DNA of 64,000 bases. Origin: Octopus sinensis. Lineage: Eukaryota. The notes beneath the pieces were generated by a model. The model had not been told where the DNA came from. It worked only from the letters and a program-made list of their open reading frames with translations, and did no database searches. Below are positions 14,164-26,821 of the stretch, piece after piece. The stretch is from positions 308 to 64,307 of the forward strand of contig NW_021831825.1 in NCBI RefSeq assembly GCF_006345805.1. The letters are read 5' to 3'. The position numbers and the translations under genes were made by a program. Numbering within the stretch: position 1 is the stretch's first letter; the number at the start of each line of letters is the position of its first letter.

Positions 14164-14635
14164 ATTTGTGTGTCTGTGTTTGTTCCCCTAGCATTACTTG
14201 ACAACCGATGCTGGTGTGTTTACGTCCCTGTCACTTAGCGGTTCGGCAAAAAGTGACCGATAGAATAAGTACTGGGTTTACAAAAAGAATAATTCCCGGG
14301 GTCGAGTTGCTCGACTAAAGGCGGTGCTCCAGCATGGCCGCAGTCAAATGACTGAAACAAGTAAAAGAATAAAAGAATTTATTGCAGACTGTAAAACCAG
14401 CGCAGTGAGACAGTTGGCGAGATCATTTCCAGCTACCCGATATATATTTCACAGATGCGTTCGAGTTTGCAGTTACGTCCATTGGGAATACGCTGGCAAT
14501 TTGACGTGGAAAGGATAAGGAGTGGTACAAATATGTACCAAACATGGTACTTGATAATGATTCCGTCACGATCAACTGAGAGATGCCTGTCCAGACTGGC
14601 AACAAGATCAAGGAAAATCTGTCAGATAAAATAAT
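12930..14635 (+). mobile_element. Highly decayed R4/Dong-like retrotransposon interrupted by a SINE
   Basis: YM(H)DLKIF, YKYFG, LKVETEG, then after the SINE WYKYVP.MVLDNDSVTI..MPVQT..I..N..D.II. Confidence 0.7.
13968..14377 (+). mobile_element. Family-C SINE (tRNA head, CORE-like CCTTG(G)GCAAGT block, internal TA/TG microsatellite)
   Basis: Matches more than 10 copies in this window. Confidence 0.92.
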
Positions 14636-14808
14636 CGGGTCTTAAACATAGAGGGGACAAACAAGGGCAGACAAAGCGATTACAGTCGATTACATCGACG
14701 CAGTGCATAACTGGTACTCATTTGATCGGTGTATGTGGTTAGACGATTTAGCGTCTATTTTTCAGCATATTGGCAAAGAAAATATTGCTTTTCTCCTTAT
14801 TTATAATT

Positions 14809-14842
<34 letters not shown>

Positions 14843-15030
14843 ATATATAAATACCTGCGTTAAACTCCATTTATTTATTTATATATTATACAAAAAATCC
14901 CACGTAAACCCGAAGTTTCTACCTTTAAAAACAAGGAGTTACAACCTCTTTACTTGTGTGATTTTTTGCTACCCTGATAACTATTTATCTATTTTTTCCG
15001 TGTTAATTGTTAACAAGGGAAAATACACGC

Positions 15031-15103
<73 letters not shown>

Positions 15104-15389
15104 CAGGAATGAATTTGTTGGTATGGCTGTTTGATATGCTATAGGCCTTAGAATATATTTACACGCTCTCTGCTATTTCTAGTATACAAAACGAACACGT
15201 ACGTTGAAGAAAGGCTTGATTTAAGTTTGTCTAAAAGAGAGAAAGAGAAATCGAAACTGTGATGAAAATAAAGAAATATTTACTGAGCGAGTATCATTAG
15301 ATGAATAAATTATACAAAAGAGAATTAGCTGTAACATATTAGAAAAGTTATGCAAATTGCGAATCAAATGAATAAATGTCATTTAGCGG

Positions 15390-15790
15390 CTCATAGAAGA
15401 CGTCTGCAGGATGGTCTTTCTAATAGTATAGATTAAATGCGTTTTTGAAATATGAATTGTACATACGAAATCAACCGCATATCCCGAGTTGACATCTGCT
15501 CTTATCTCCATTCTCGCAAACTCATTTCACCCTTTTTGGATAGACCTGTGACTAGAGACGAAAAATGGATCTTCTATCGAAATGTTACCATTGGCTTGGT
15601 AAAAGGGAAAATACTCAACCACAACCGAAAAGGGAACTTCATGGGAAAAAGGTTCTTCTCTTTATCTGGTGGGATTGCAAAAGAGTAATTCACTTTGAAT
15701 TGTTACCACCTAATGCAGCAATCAATGCTCAAGTCTACCGTCACCAATTAGAGCGTTTGAACCAAGCTATGAAGAAAAAAAGACCCGAGG
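15390..15790 (+). mobile_element. mariner (DD34D-type) transposase fragment
   Basis: FLDR.VT.DEKWIFY, ELH.KKVLL.IWWD...VIHFELL, YRHQLERL..A..KKRP. Confidence 0.88.
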
Positions 15791-15793
15791 TTT

Positions 15794-15866
15794 ATGCAGC
15801 TGATGAGGATAAATCAAGTATATGTTTGGCAAGCGTATCTTGAAAAATCCGAAACCGGTACTGCAT
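15794..15866 (+). ncRNA. Minimal type-I hammerhead ribozyme motif, canonical core
   Basis: Stem I ATGCAG/CTGCAT; core CTGATGA; stem II GGAT/ATCC; GAAA; stem III palindrome ACCGGT; GUA cleavage triplet ending at 15860. Confidence 0.8.
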
Positions 15867-16858
15867 TATCCACTATCTAGGTTTTTCATTTTTCAGATGT
15901 TTTTCCTAGAGGTAAGACAATTTTTTTCATGTTTGTTGCACACACGCATCTTTACTAGTACATACGCAGTGAAGCTGTACATTAGCGTCGTATTTATTAC
16001 GTTCACTATTTTCCAGTAGATATCGGTGCTTCGTTGTACCATTTATTTACTTTTATATATATATATATATATATATAGGCAGATAGAAAGAAAGAAAAAG
16101 AGATGACTAAAAGCAGTGACAGTGAGGGAGAAATAGGGCGAGAGAGATCTGTGAGGAGGAGCGTCGGACAATGAAAGCAGGAGAGAAAGTGGACATCTTA
16201 AAAAGTTGTCAAACTCAATGTTTGCTCTGTGTCTTACTTTGCTGAATTATCTCTTTAAATGAAACACTCTTTTTATTATCACGATTATTTTATTTTATTT
16301 ATTTATATATATATATTGTTTTTTCTTTTGCTATCACAAATAAATATTTGTATGATATTGGCATGGAGGGTGGTGAAGACGAACGACTCTGAACCAGAGC
16401 GGTAACAGGTGCTTCGGTTTGGTTGACAGGTAGAGACAGGAAGAGAACACAGACGATCCGCTACGTGATATGAGCAACAGTTTAGCACGCTTGTGCACTA
16501 ATAAGCGATTTACTCTCCTTTTATCTACAACATATTTTTTTCCCATTTTTTCTCTTATTGTCAACAGTATCTTTTCATAAAAGAACTCCTGACCACAGCC
16601 TTATATCTACCCCGTATCTAGTCCACCCGACAAACACGTACGTCCATGTTTACTTAGCGTTTCTTTACTAATTTAACTTGTCCTTTATTGGGGTGGTAGA
16701 ATTAGACACCGTGTCCTCGCTTCATTCTTGGGATTAAAGGTTTAATACTCACCTCCGACCCACTTCTTTATTAGAATTTTTTCTTCCTCTTCTTCTCCTT
16801 AGTTCTTCAACACATTCTGGTTCACCTCTCACTAACCCTCATACTCCCTTTCCCTCGC

Positions 16859-16893
<35 letters not shown>

Positions 16894-16964
16894 GTCTTGT
16901 TTTCACTCTTTCCAAATCGTTTCAAAGGTTTTTCCTATAATTCAGTGCGTCGAACTAGTTTCTG

Positions 16965-17427
16965 TACACACACGCACGCACACACAAACACACACACACA
17001 CGCACATGCACGCACACACACACACGCACACACACAACACACACGCACACACACATGCACATACACACACACACACGCACACCCACGCACACACACACCA
17101 CGCACACACACGCACACACACGCACACGCACGCACACACAGGCACACACACACACAAACACACCAACACACAGGCACACACAGGCAAACACACACACACC
17201 ACGCACCACACACGCACACACACACTACGCACACCCAACGCACACACACGCACCGCGCACGCACACACAGCACACACACACACAAACACACACACACAGG
17301 CACACACAGGCACACACACACACACGCACACACACGCACACACACACATGCACACACAGACACGCACACACACGCACAAACACACACGAAAACACACACA
17401 CAAACACACACACACACACACAAACAC

Positions 17428-17471
<44 letters not shown>

Positions 17472-17485
17472 CACACACACACACG
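16965..17485. repeat. Degenerate (CA)n tract
   Basis: Direct reading. Confidence 0.95.
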
Positions 17486-17789
17486 TATGTGCGCGCGGTC
17501 ACATATACGCATAAAAATATACACTCTGAACGCATGCGTATATTAGCCTCTTTTATTCTTTCACTAGTTTCATTCATTGGACTAAGGACATATTCAGACG
17601 AAATTTTTAAAGGGTCCAGTTGCCATGTTGCCTTAGTACTCATTTTATCAACTTCTATTTGTCGAATAGCTACGATAGGATTTTAAAAAAAAAATCTGAA
17701 ACAAAGCATAGGTTTATATACGCACGTAAACATGAATACGGACACAGTAATACACATATAATAATCTTATCTACTGTAGACACAAAGCC

Positions 17790-17971
17790 TGAAATTTGGA
17801 GGGAGCGGGCTAGTCAATTGCTTCGACCCCAATGCGTAACTGGTACTTATTTCATCGACACGAAAGTATGAAAGGCAAAGTCGACCTCGGCGGAATTTGA
17901 ACTCAGAACGTAGCGGCAGACGAAATACTGCTAAGCATTTTACCCAGCGTGCTAACGATTCTGCCTGCTCG

Positions 17972-17972
<1 letters not shown>
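17790..17972 (-). mobile_element. Family-M SINE
   Basis: Matches the 40824-41052 copy. Confidence 0.85.
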
Positions 17973-18005
<33 letters not shown>

Positions 18006-18121
18006 TATTATTATTATTATATATTATTATAGATTATTATCAGTATTATTATTATTATATTATCATTATCATTATTAATATTATTATATTATTATTATTA
18101 TTATTATTATATTAATTATTA

Positions 18122-18497
18122 TTAAGTAGTTATTTTTTTTTATATCGTGCTTTCACTTCACTACCGAGCGCAGCTCTGTGTGCCTTGGGTTTGTGCTTTG
18201 TGATGTGTTGTGTTGTGATGCTTGATGTTACTGTATGGAAAGTGTTCTATGTAGGATGTGGCAGTGCCTAGTAGTGCAATTTCTGTTGTATGTTTGTTTG
18301 TTTGTAAGTCCTGGTGTTTTTGTTATGTATTTGTCTGAATATTTTTTTTCATGCCTAATGCACCTACTATGATAGGAATGTTTCTGTTTTAGATTCCACA
18401 TTCTGGTTACCTCATTCCAGGTCTTTGTATTTTGAGAGTTTCTCCATTTCTTTTAGAGACACGTTGTCATCTGCCGGTATTGAAACATCTATTTTAT

Positions 18498-18500
<3 letters not shown>
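18122..18500 (-). mobile_element. R4/Dong-like 3' fragment ending in (AAT)n
   Basis: Minus strand IDVSIPADDNVSLKEMEKLSKYKDLE and ALLGT.HIL-like residues; (ATT)n tract at 17973-18121 follows its 3' end. Confidence 0.8.
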
Positions 18501-18566
<66 letters not shown>

Positions 18567-18567
<1 letters not shown>

Positions 18568-19466
18568 TGGCTAATGGCCTCTGGTTTAAAATCTGAAACA
18601 GAGGGGTTTATCATAGCAGCTCAAGATCAATGCCCCTACCAACAAGAAAACTACCAGGCCAACATATTAAAGAACGGCAGTAGCCCAACATGTCGTGTAT
18701 GCCGACAAACAAAATGAAACCATTGATCATGTTGTCTCCAAATGCAGTCTTCTAACGCCTACAGAGTACCTCAACAGGCATGATAGAGCTGCACAATATA
18801 TTCACTGGGTAATTGCCAAAACCTGGATTTGTCCCATGAAAAAAACTGGTGGGAACAACAATCCACTTCTAGTGCTTGAAAATGACCACATCTCACTTCT
18901 CTGGAACTTCACCATTCAAACTGACAGAAGATAGATGTGAATATGCCAGACATCATATTGAAAGACTTCAGACAAAGAACATACCTCCTCATTGATATGA
19001 CTGTCCCAATCGATATAAACGTATCTGTCAAGACCTACCAAAACTGAGCAAATATAAAGATCTTGAAATAGAAATCAGGAAAATGTGGAAGCTGAAGACT
19101 AAAACAATACCTGTTGTCATAGGTGCTCTGGGAATGATAGCGAAGGGACTGATTGCTTGCTACCTAACTCAGATACCAGGAAACCCCAAAAGGGCAGAAA
19201 TTCAGAAGATAGTACTCATGGGAACTGCTCATATCCTACCCAAAATACTCTTATGTATCCCAAAGTTTAAAACAAACTTTTTTTTATTTATTTATTGATT
19301 TTTTAAATTTTATCTATTAGACATTCACTAGTACAACACACACACACAAAAAACCCCAAATATATGGCACAGAACTTCTAACCTGTTGTCTCTTGAGGTC
19401 TCTGGGTGAGACTTGGAGCCAACTTGTACAGACATAAAGCAAAAGTCAAACATAGAATAATAATAG
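18567..19466 (+). mobile_element. R4/Dong-like 5'-truncated copy flanked by (AAT)n
   Basis: LKSETEGFIIAAQDQ, CRVC...ETIDHVVSKC, RHDRAAQYIHW, LLWNFTIQTDR, IDMTVP, VIGALG, LMGTAHIL; AAT repeats on both sides. Confidence 0.88.
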
Positions 19467-19782
19467 TATTTTATTTAGGTTGAAGGCTACCAGCTTTGTA
19501 ATCGGGTATCAGTTACCAGTCGATTACACTGACCGCTACTTTATCGATCCCGATGCATTAAAGTTGTCCGCGGTGGGAATTGAACTGGAATTGTAAAGAG
19601 CTGGAACAAATAGAGAAATACATTTTCCAACGCTCCGACGATTCTGCCAATCCACCGAAATATAACAATGGACGAACAAATATGTTTACCTGTTTTCAAT
19701 TGAGGTTATACTTTCTCCGTTCCTACTTGCATGCCCTCCCCTACTTCTCCCTATCTCCACCTCTCTCTCTCTCTGTCTACCC

Positions 19783-19784
<2 letters not shown>

Positions 19785-19865
<81 letters not shown>

Positions 19866-19991
19866 TATTTCTTTGTTTCTTTGTTTCTTTGTTTCTTTGT
19901 TTCTTTGTTTCTTTCCTTCATCTTTCTTTTCCTTCTTTCCTTCTTTTTTCCTTCTTTCCTTTCTTCCTCTTTTCTTTCTTTCTTCTTTCCT

Positions 19992-20023
<32 letters not shown>

Positions 20024-20225
20024 TCCTTCTTTCTTCTTCTTCCCTCTTTCTTTCTTTCGTCTTCTTTCTTTCTTTCTTTCTTTCTTTCCTCCCTTCCTTC
20101 TTCTTTCTTTCTTTCTTCCCTTTCTTTATTTATTTCTTTCTTCTTTCTTTTCTTCCTTCCTTACTTTCTCTCTTTCTTTAGTTCTTTCTTTCTTCCTTCC
20201 CCTTCCTTCCTTCCTCCTTCTTCCT

Positions 20226-20257
<32 letters not shown>

Positions 20258-20570
20258 TTCCTTCCTTCTCTCTTTCTTCCTTTTCTTTCTTTCTTTCTTT
20301 CTGTCTTTTCTTCTTCTTTCTTTCTTTCTTTCTTCTTTCATTCTTCTTCCTTCCTTCCTCCCTTTCCTTTCTTTCCTTCTTTCTGTCTTCCCTCTTTCTT
20401 TCTTTCTCCCGTCTTTCTTTGTTCCTTTCTTTCTTCCTTCTTTCTTTCTTCCCTTCCTTCTTTTCTTCTGTTTTCTCCCTCTATTCATTTCTCTCTATGT
20501 TTTTATCTTTGCTGTTTTCCTTTTTCTTATCACCATCGCCCAACCTTAATTTCTGTCTTCTGTCCGTCTG

Positions 20571-20604
<34 letters not shown>

Positions 20605-20666
20605 ACTCTCTGTCACACTCACTCTCTCTGCTTCTCTAACTCTTTCCCGTTCATCCCAATACTCCG

Positions 20667-20702
<36 letters not shown>
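19785..20702. repeat. (CTTT)n/(CTT)n/(CT)n polypyrimidine tract, ~900 bp
   Basis: Direct reading. Confidence 0.95.
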
Positions 20703-20705
<3 letters not shown>

Positions 20706-21153
20706 GACACCCTTACCCCCAGCCAGCCGATCTCTGTGTTTATACAAACATATAATTAGTTGCCTATATATAAATTACATAATTATTGGTATAGAGCCAA
20801 GTTAATGTAAATCGATGAGAGGCGTTCCCCAAGGTGCTGCCCTGAATCCCATTCCTTATTATTGTTTACATTAATGTTCTGGAATGTGTAATTCATCCCA
20901 AAGGAAGAAACCTATTTGCTGAAATTACCCCGAATTTCAGAAAATTCCAGGAATATTATCAATTACAATACAATATGTACAACAACAAACAACAAAAACC
21001 AAAAACAAGAAATCTTGAAGAACTAAAATCAGTTCTTCATGTTCGATGGGATGGTCAACATTTTTTCTTACATAAGGTAGAGCTTATATTTACAAGAAAT
21101 GGTGGATGGCATTGCGTGACATTCAAATGAATTCGATAAAAATATATTTATTA

Positions 21154-21319
21154 AGGCGTAGGAGTGGCTGTGTGGTAAGTAGCTTGTTTACCAATCACAT
21201 GGTTCCGGGTTCAGTCCCACTGTGTGGCACCTTGGGCAAGTGTCTTCTACTATAGCCTCGGGCCGACCAAAGCCTTGTGAGTCGATTTGGTAGACGGAAA
21301 CTGAAAGAAGCCTGTCGTA

Positions 21320-21356
<37 letters not shown>

Positions 21357-21615
21357 ATATATAATATAATATTATATATAATATATATATGTATATATAT
21401 ATATGCGTTGTGTTTGTGTGTCTGTGTTTGTCCTCTAGCATTGCTTGACAACCGATGCTGGGTGTGTTTATGTCCCCGTCACTTAGCGGTTCGGCAAAAG
21501 AGACCGATAGAATAAGTACTGGGCTTACAAAAGAATAAGTCCCGGGGTCGAGTTGCGCGATTAAAAAAGGCAGTGCTCCAGCATGGCCGCAGTCAAATGA
21601 CTGAAACAAGTAAGT
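21154..21615 (+). mobile_element. Family-C SINE, full length
   Basis: AGGCGTAGGAGTGGCTGTGTGG head through GACTGAAACAAGT tail. Confidence 0.92.
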
Positions 21616-22281
21616 ATAAGTAAGTATAAGTATAATGGTTGCGGCTGTGGAAGCATATGGATCGTGAAATTGTGGTTTCGATTCCTAGGCCGGGTGATGC
21701 ATTGTGTTTTGAGCAAAGCACTTCATTTCACAATGCTTTTGTCCACTCCTCTGCCTACGTCCCATCCTGTGGGGGATATATACACGATAATACATACGCC
21801 GGGAAACCGACATTATGAGCCTCTGGTATGGGAAGGAACTTTGATCCAGTTTTTGAGTGGTAGTAGGTACTATAATCTCAAGAGAACTGGACATAATAAC
21901 CCTATTTCCGTTAATTTCAGAGTTCAAATCACTCCTTAGTCAAAACAGTAAATATTAGTAAACTACTTAGGGATTTATGATTGATTACAGATATTTAAGA
22001 TTGAAGCCAATGATTGAATGAAACGAACTGTATTGAAGAAGATGAAATATCTATTCGTGAGGCAAGTAGCGATAGTAACTGTTGTGCAAGAAGGATTTCT
22101 TAGAAGTGCACCATTATCAGCTCAGTATCGGCCCTCTACTGGACTCCTACATGCATTTCTGGATCGTTAGACACACACATACACACACACACACACATAA
22201 TATATTACATCATATATATATATTATATATATATATATATATAGAAAGAAGCTTATCGTATATATATATATATATATATAT

Positions 22282-22329
<48 letters not shown>

Positions 22330-22552
22330 AAGTTAATCCAAACATGAAAGCACAAAAAAACACAACAACGCGAGGACGTGGAACAAATATAGTATTATTG
22401 GACGCTCAGGAAAGAAGGAAAGAAGGAAAGAGGGAGGGTTTAACGTTTCGAGCGGAGCTCTTCGTCAGAAACATAGGAGAAGGAAAGATCCAGAGATCCA
22501 AAGAAGGGAAGACAGAGGGAAAAAATCGCCAACGGTACACACGCGGTCACAT
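22330..22552 (-). mobile_element. Penelope pLTR-like / retrozyme-like element carrying a hammerhead motif
   Basis: Second copy at 56948-57155; abuts (TA)n; motif at 22438-22472. Confidence 0.65.
22438..22472 (-). ncRNA. Minimal type-I hammerhead motif
   Basis: GTTT-CTGACGA-A-GAGC(TCC)GCTC-GAAAC-GTT-AAAC; 4-bp stem I, ACGT stem III. Confidence 0.65.
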
Positions 22553-22554
22553 TA

Positions 22555-22745
22555 TGTTTGTGTGTCTTTGTTTGTCCCCCGCCACCATCGCTTGACAACC
22601 GATGCTGGTGTGTTCACGGCCCCGTAACTTAGCGGTTCGGAAAAATAATCGATAGAATAAGTACTGGGGTCAATTTGCTAGACTAAAGGCGGTGCTCCAG
22701 CATGACCCAGTCAAATGACTGAAACTAATAATAGTGTAAAAAGAG
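22555..22745 (+). mobile_element. 3' half of family-C SINE
   Basis: Match to other copies. Confidence 0.8.
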
Positions 22746-22855
<110 letters not shown>

Positions 22856-22896
22856 TGTGTGTGTACACATGCGTTTATACATAGATGCATACATAC

Positions 22897-22941
<45 letters not shown>

Positions 22942-22953
22942 TATATATATATA

Positions 22954-23127
22954 TATCCGTAAATATAAGAGAGCCAACTTTGAATATGTTAACTCTAGTG
23001 CTATTCAAAGTTGGCTCTCTTATATTACGGATAAATATGAATTTGTATCCCGGTTATTGTGCTAGGTCGCTCGGTGTTAAAATAAGGGTATTATTGAATT
23101 AATATCTATAATTTATTTCACCTCATT

Positions 23128-23130
<3 letters not shown>
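22954..23130 (+). mobile_element. Hairpin-capped short interspersed element in (TA)n, copy B
   Basis: ~32-bp inverted repeat 22954-22986/23002-23033; body homologous to 385-470. Confidence 0.6.
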
Positions 23131-23195
<65 letters not shown>

Positions 23196-23220
23196 AGAGG
23201 AGAGAGAGAGAGAGAGATAG

Positions 23221-23266
<46 letters not shown>

Positions 23267-23734
23267 AGATAGATAGATAGGTAGGTAGGTAGATAAACAT
23301 TGCATACACACATGTATGTGTATGTTTATTGTTTGAATTTTATTGAAGTGTTTATTTTTAAAGCGTTCGAGTCGATCGCTAAAGCAAAGTGACAAGGTTT
23401 ATAGTTAAGTGAGTTCTCGGTGTTTGTAAATACGTGCTTGAGTTGGTGTGTCGGTTGAACTGTTGACGTACACACCCAAGTGTGTGCATCTGTTCATCTG
23501 AAGCAGAGGTTATCAACCGTGTTTTGCTTATGGATCCCTTTGATTGTCGTTTTACTCTACTGGACCCTCCTAATCGTTCAATGTTTAAAAATTATTATTA
23601 TATTTTAATAATTATATATTATTAGGAATTGTATTTAAAAAATTATGAAAATATTTCGTAAACTGTAGATGTATAAGGAATTACAACCGTGTTTCGTGGT
23701 CTGCTACCCCAACAGCTCCTTTATAGGATCCAGT

Positions 23735-24620
23735 TAGCTCAAGACATCATCAGGAGGAACCACGTCCGGTTTTGGCCCCTACTCCTCTACCGTTTTGACG
23801 TGGCGCCCCCCCCCTTTCGGAGGTGTCTTCAGCTCTGGTATTGGGGGCATGTCTTCTTTCTTCTGTTCCTTGGCCTCTTCGATGAAGCGTCAACGAGTGT
23901 CAGCGGGCGACTGGCTGTCTTGTCAAATTCTTTCCCTTTAAATACTTGCCGCTAGGCTCCAGCAGGCAGCCCCAGCAAGTTGTCACGTGACACTGTCTCA
24001 ACTTTAACTGACCAATGAAGGCGCGTAGTCTTAGCCCACGCATTCTCTAAACGACCGTCACCTGTCAGTCAGCGAATCTAATTCAGTGTCAGCTTGTCTC
24101 ACCTCGTGATGTTATTTTCCACCGGCATGTTATGACTTTCAAGCCATTTTTGGTCTTCCCGCTTCAGTCATATATAGAAGCTGGCTTTTTCTACCGCCTT
24201 CTGTACTCTCTTTATTAGTTTTCTCAGCCCCGAGCTAGAAAAAAACAAATCTTCTTTTGAATAGCGTTGTCATTTTTCTTTCAATGAAGTCCCTAGCCCC
24301 CACTGCCAGGTGGTAATATTCGACATCGCATCCCTGTTCTCTGCATTCTTCGATTAGTTTTTCGTATCTCTTCTCCTTTCGTTCCTCTGCATTGCCGATG
24401 TTCTCTTCCCAAGGTACTGTCAGTTCTAGTAAAATTCCTATTCTCCGTTCTCTGTTCCATAGGACTAAATCTGGTCTTTTTGTCATTTTTATTAGTGGGA
24501 ATATTACTTGGCTTTCCAAATCCGTGGCCACCTCGCAGTATCCCTTCCATCTTTCGTCTATCTCGTATATTTTACATAAGTTTTAACAATATCCTCCACG
24601 GACCCCCAAAAGCCATATCA
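23735..24620 (-). mobile_element. HERO/NeSL-like RLE non-LTR retrotransposon 3' fragment
   Basis: TKRPDLVLWN....ILLELTVPWEEN...ERKEKRYEKLIEECREQG; left boundary approximate. Confidence 0.75.
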
Positions 24621-25183
24621 ACCTCGGTTGAGAACCACTGATCTAAGGAATCTCAGATGGAAAATCTTTGGAATATCTTAGAAATTTTCACTGTGCCGCT
24701 ATTTGCTTTAGAAACCAATGGTGTCGTGACCCCGAGAAATGTCCAGTATGTGAAAGCGGGACGTAAAGGGGGTTACGCTATCATTTAGTAAGCTCTCACT
24801 ATCACTCGCTATCATACATTCAGGCGGGTGGATTGGAGCATTGTGAAATAAGCGAAATGAAATGACTCGCTCACTGACAAAGCCGGCCGTCCCGAGTCAG
24901 GAATCGATTCCACCATTCTAAGATCCTGCGGAAACCATCCAGACCACCAGACCATCAGACCACGCATCACGCGTGTACATCTCTGTACAGCAAAATTTAG
25001 ATTCAGATGACTATGGTACTTAAGTTAAAGGCACCAGAATTTTGTATGGTATTGTCCATATAAGTCAAATGGGGTGATTATAATCAAAATAAGCAACAAG
25101 GATATCCAAGGTAGTGTAGTACAATCGTTTCATGCTACTTCATTTTATTAAACACTGTTGAGTATATATATATATATATATAT

Positions 25184-25570
25184 ATGGATGGAAGCACTCC
25201 GTCGGTTACGACGATGAGGGTTCCGGTTGATCCGAATCAACGGAACAGCCTGCTCGTGAAATTAACGTGTAAGTGGCTGAGCACTCCACAGACACGTGTA
25301 CCCTTAACGTAGTTCTCGGGGATATTCAGCGTGACACAGAGAGTGACAAGGCCGGCCCCTTGAAATACAGGTACAACAGAAACAGGAAGTAAGAGTGAGA
25401 GGAAAGTTGGGGTGAAGAGTACAGCAGGATCACCACCATCCCCTGCGGAGCCTAGTGGAGTTTAGGTGTTTTCGCTCAATAAACACTCACAACGCCCGGT
25501 CTGGGAATCGAAACCGCGATCCTATGACCGCGAGTCCGCTGCCCTAACCACTGGGCCATTGCACCTCCAC
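25184..25570 (-). mobile_element. Family-T SINE, full length
   Basis: Near-identical to 7757-8146. Confidence 0.92.
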
Positions 25571-25578
25571 ACATATAT

Positions 25579-25986
25579 ACTCTTTACTCTTTTACTCTTT
25601 TACTTGTTTCAGTCATTTGACTGCGGCCATGCTGGAGCACCGCCTTTAATCGAGCAACTCGACCCCGGGACTTATTATTTTGTAAGCCCAGTACTTATCC
25701 AATCGGTCTCTTTTGCCGAACCGCTAAGTGACGGGGACGTTAACACACCAGCATCGGTTGTCAAGCAATGCTAGGGGAACAAACACAGACACACAAACAC
25801 ACACACACATATATATATAATATATAATATATATATATAATATATATATATACTACATATATACGACAGGCTTCTTTCAGTTTCCGTCTACCAAATCCAC
25901 TTACAAGGCATTAGTCGGCCCGGGGCTATAGCAGAAGACACTTGCCCAAGGTGCCACGCAGTGGGACTGAACCCGGAACCATGTGA
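25579..25986 (-). mobile_element. Family-C SINE, head truncated
   Basis: Match to other copies. Confidence 0.88.
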
Positions 25987-26588
25987 GCGTTAGTATGTTT
26001 GGGTGTGATTATTTTGCATTAAAATTCCTGTAAATTTCTTACTTGTATATTAATTAACCGGAATGTGACACCTCCATCTCTCAGTCCTGTAATTACTTAC
26101 CAATAACCCACCACCACCACACCACCACCACAGTTACCACTACTACACCTCACCCCCCTAGCCCCCATGTTTCTTAATTACCGTTATTTACTCGGCATTC
26201 ACCGAAATGTTTGTCAATATTGCTAATTATTAATAAGATTTTCTCAATATCATTTCTGAAAAATAAAACCAATGGGATTAATTTCGAGGAAATATATCTG
26301 TCTGTCTGTCTGTTTATTTACGTCCCTCTCTTTCTACCTGTCTACCTATCCGCCCACCTCTCTGACCCCACCTCTCTCTCTCTAGCAATCTATCTATCTG
26401 CCTATTTGTATTTATGTATACATATACATACGCATATATGTGAGTGTGTGTGCGTATGTATAGATATGTATATATATATGTGTATGTAAGTATGTATGTA
26501 TATACATATACATACATATATATATATATATATTATGTATGTATATACATATACATATATATATATGTATATATATACATATACATAC

Positions 26589-26623
<35 letters not shown>

Positions 26624-26774
26624 CATGTATGTATATACATACATTATATATATATCTATATATATATATATGTCTTTATCAATCTATATATGAATATACA
26701 TGCATACATAAATGTAATACATACGAATACACTTATATATGTATATATAAACATACACATAGATATATATGGTG

Positions 26775-26821
<47 letters not shown>

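Noticed and set aside
23740-23790. CTGATGA on the minus strand in the HERO-like 3' region, also at ~51367 and ~60185
   Set aside because: No matching GAAA, stem II or stem III
25116-25131. Hammerhead half-motif GAAAC-GATT-GTA-CTAC on the minus strand
   Set aside because: The CUGANGA half is absent (truncated by a TA run), so it was not counted
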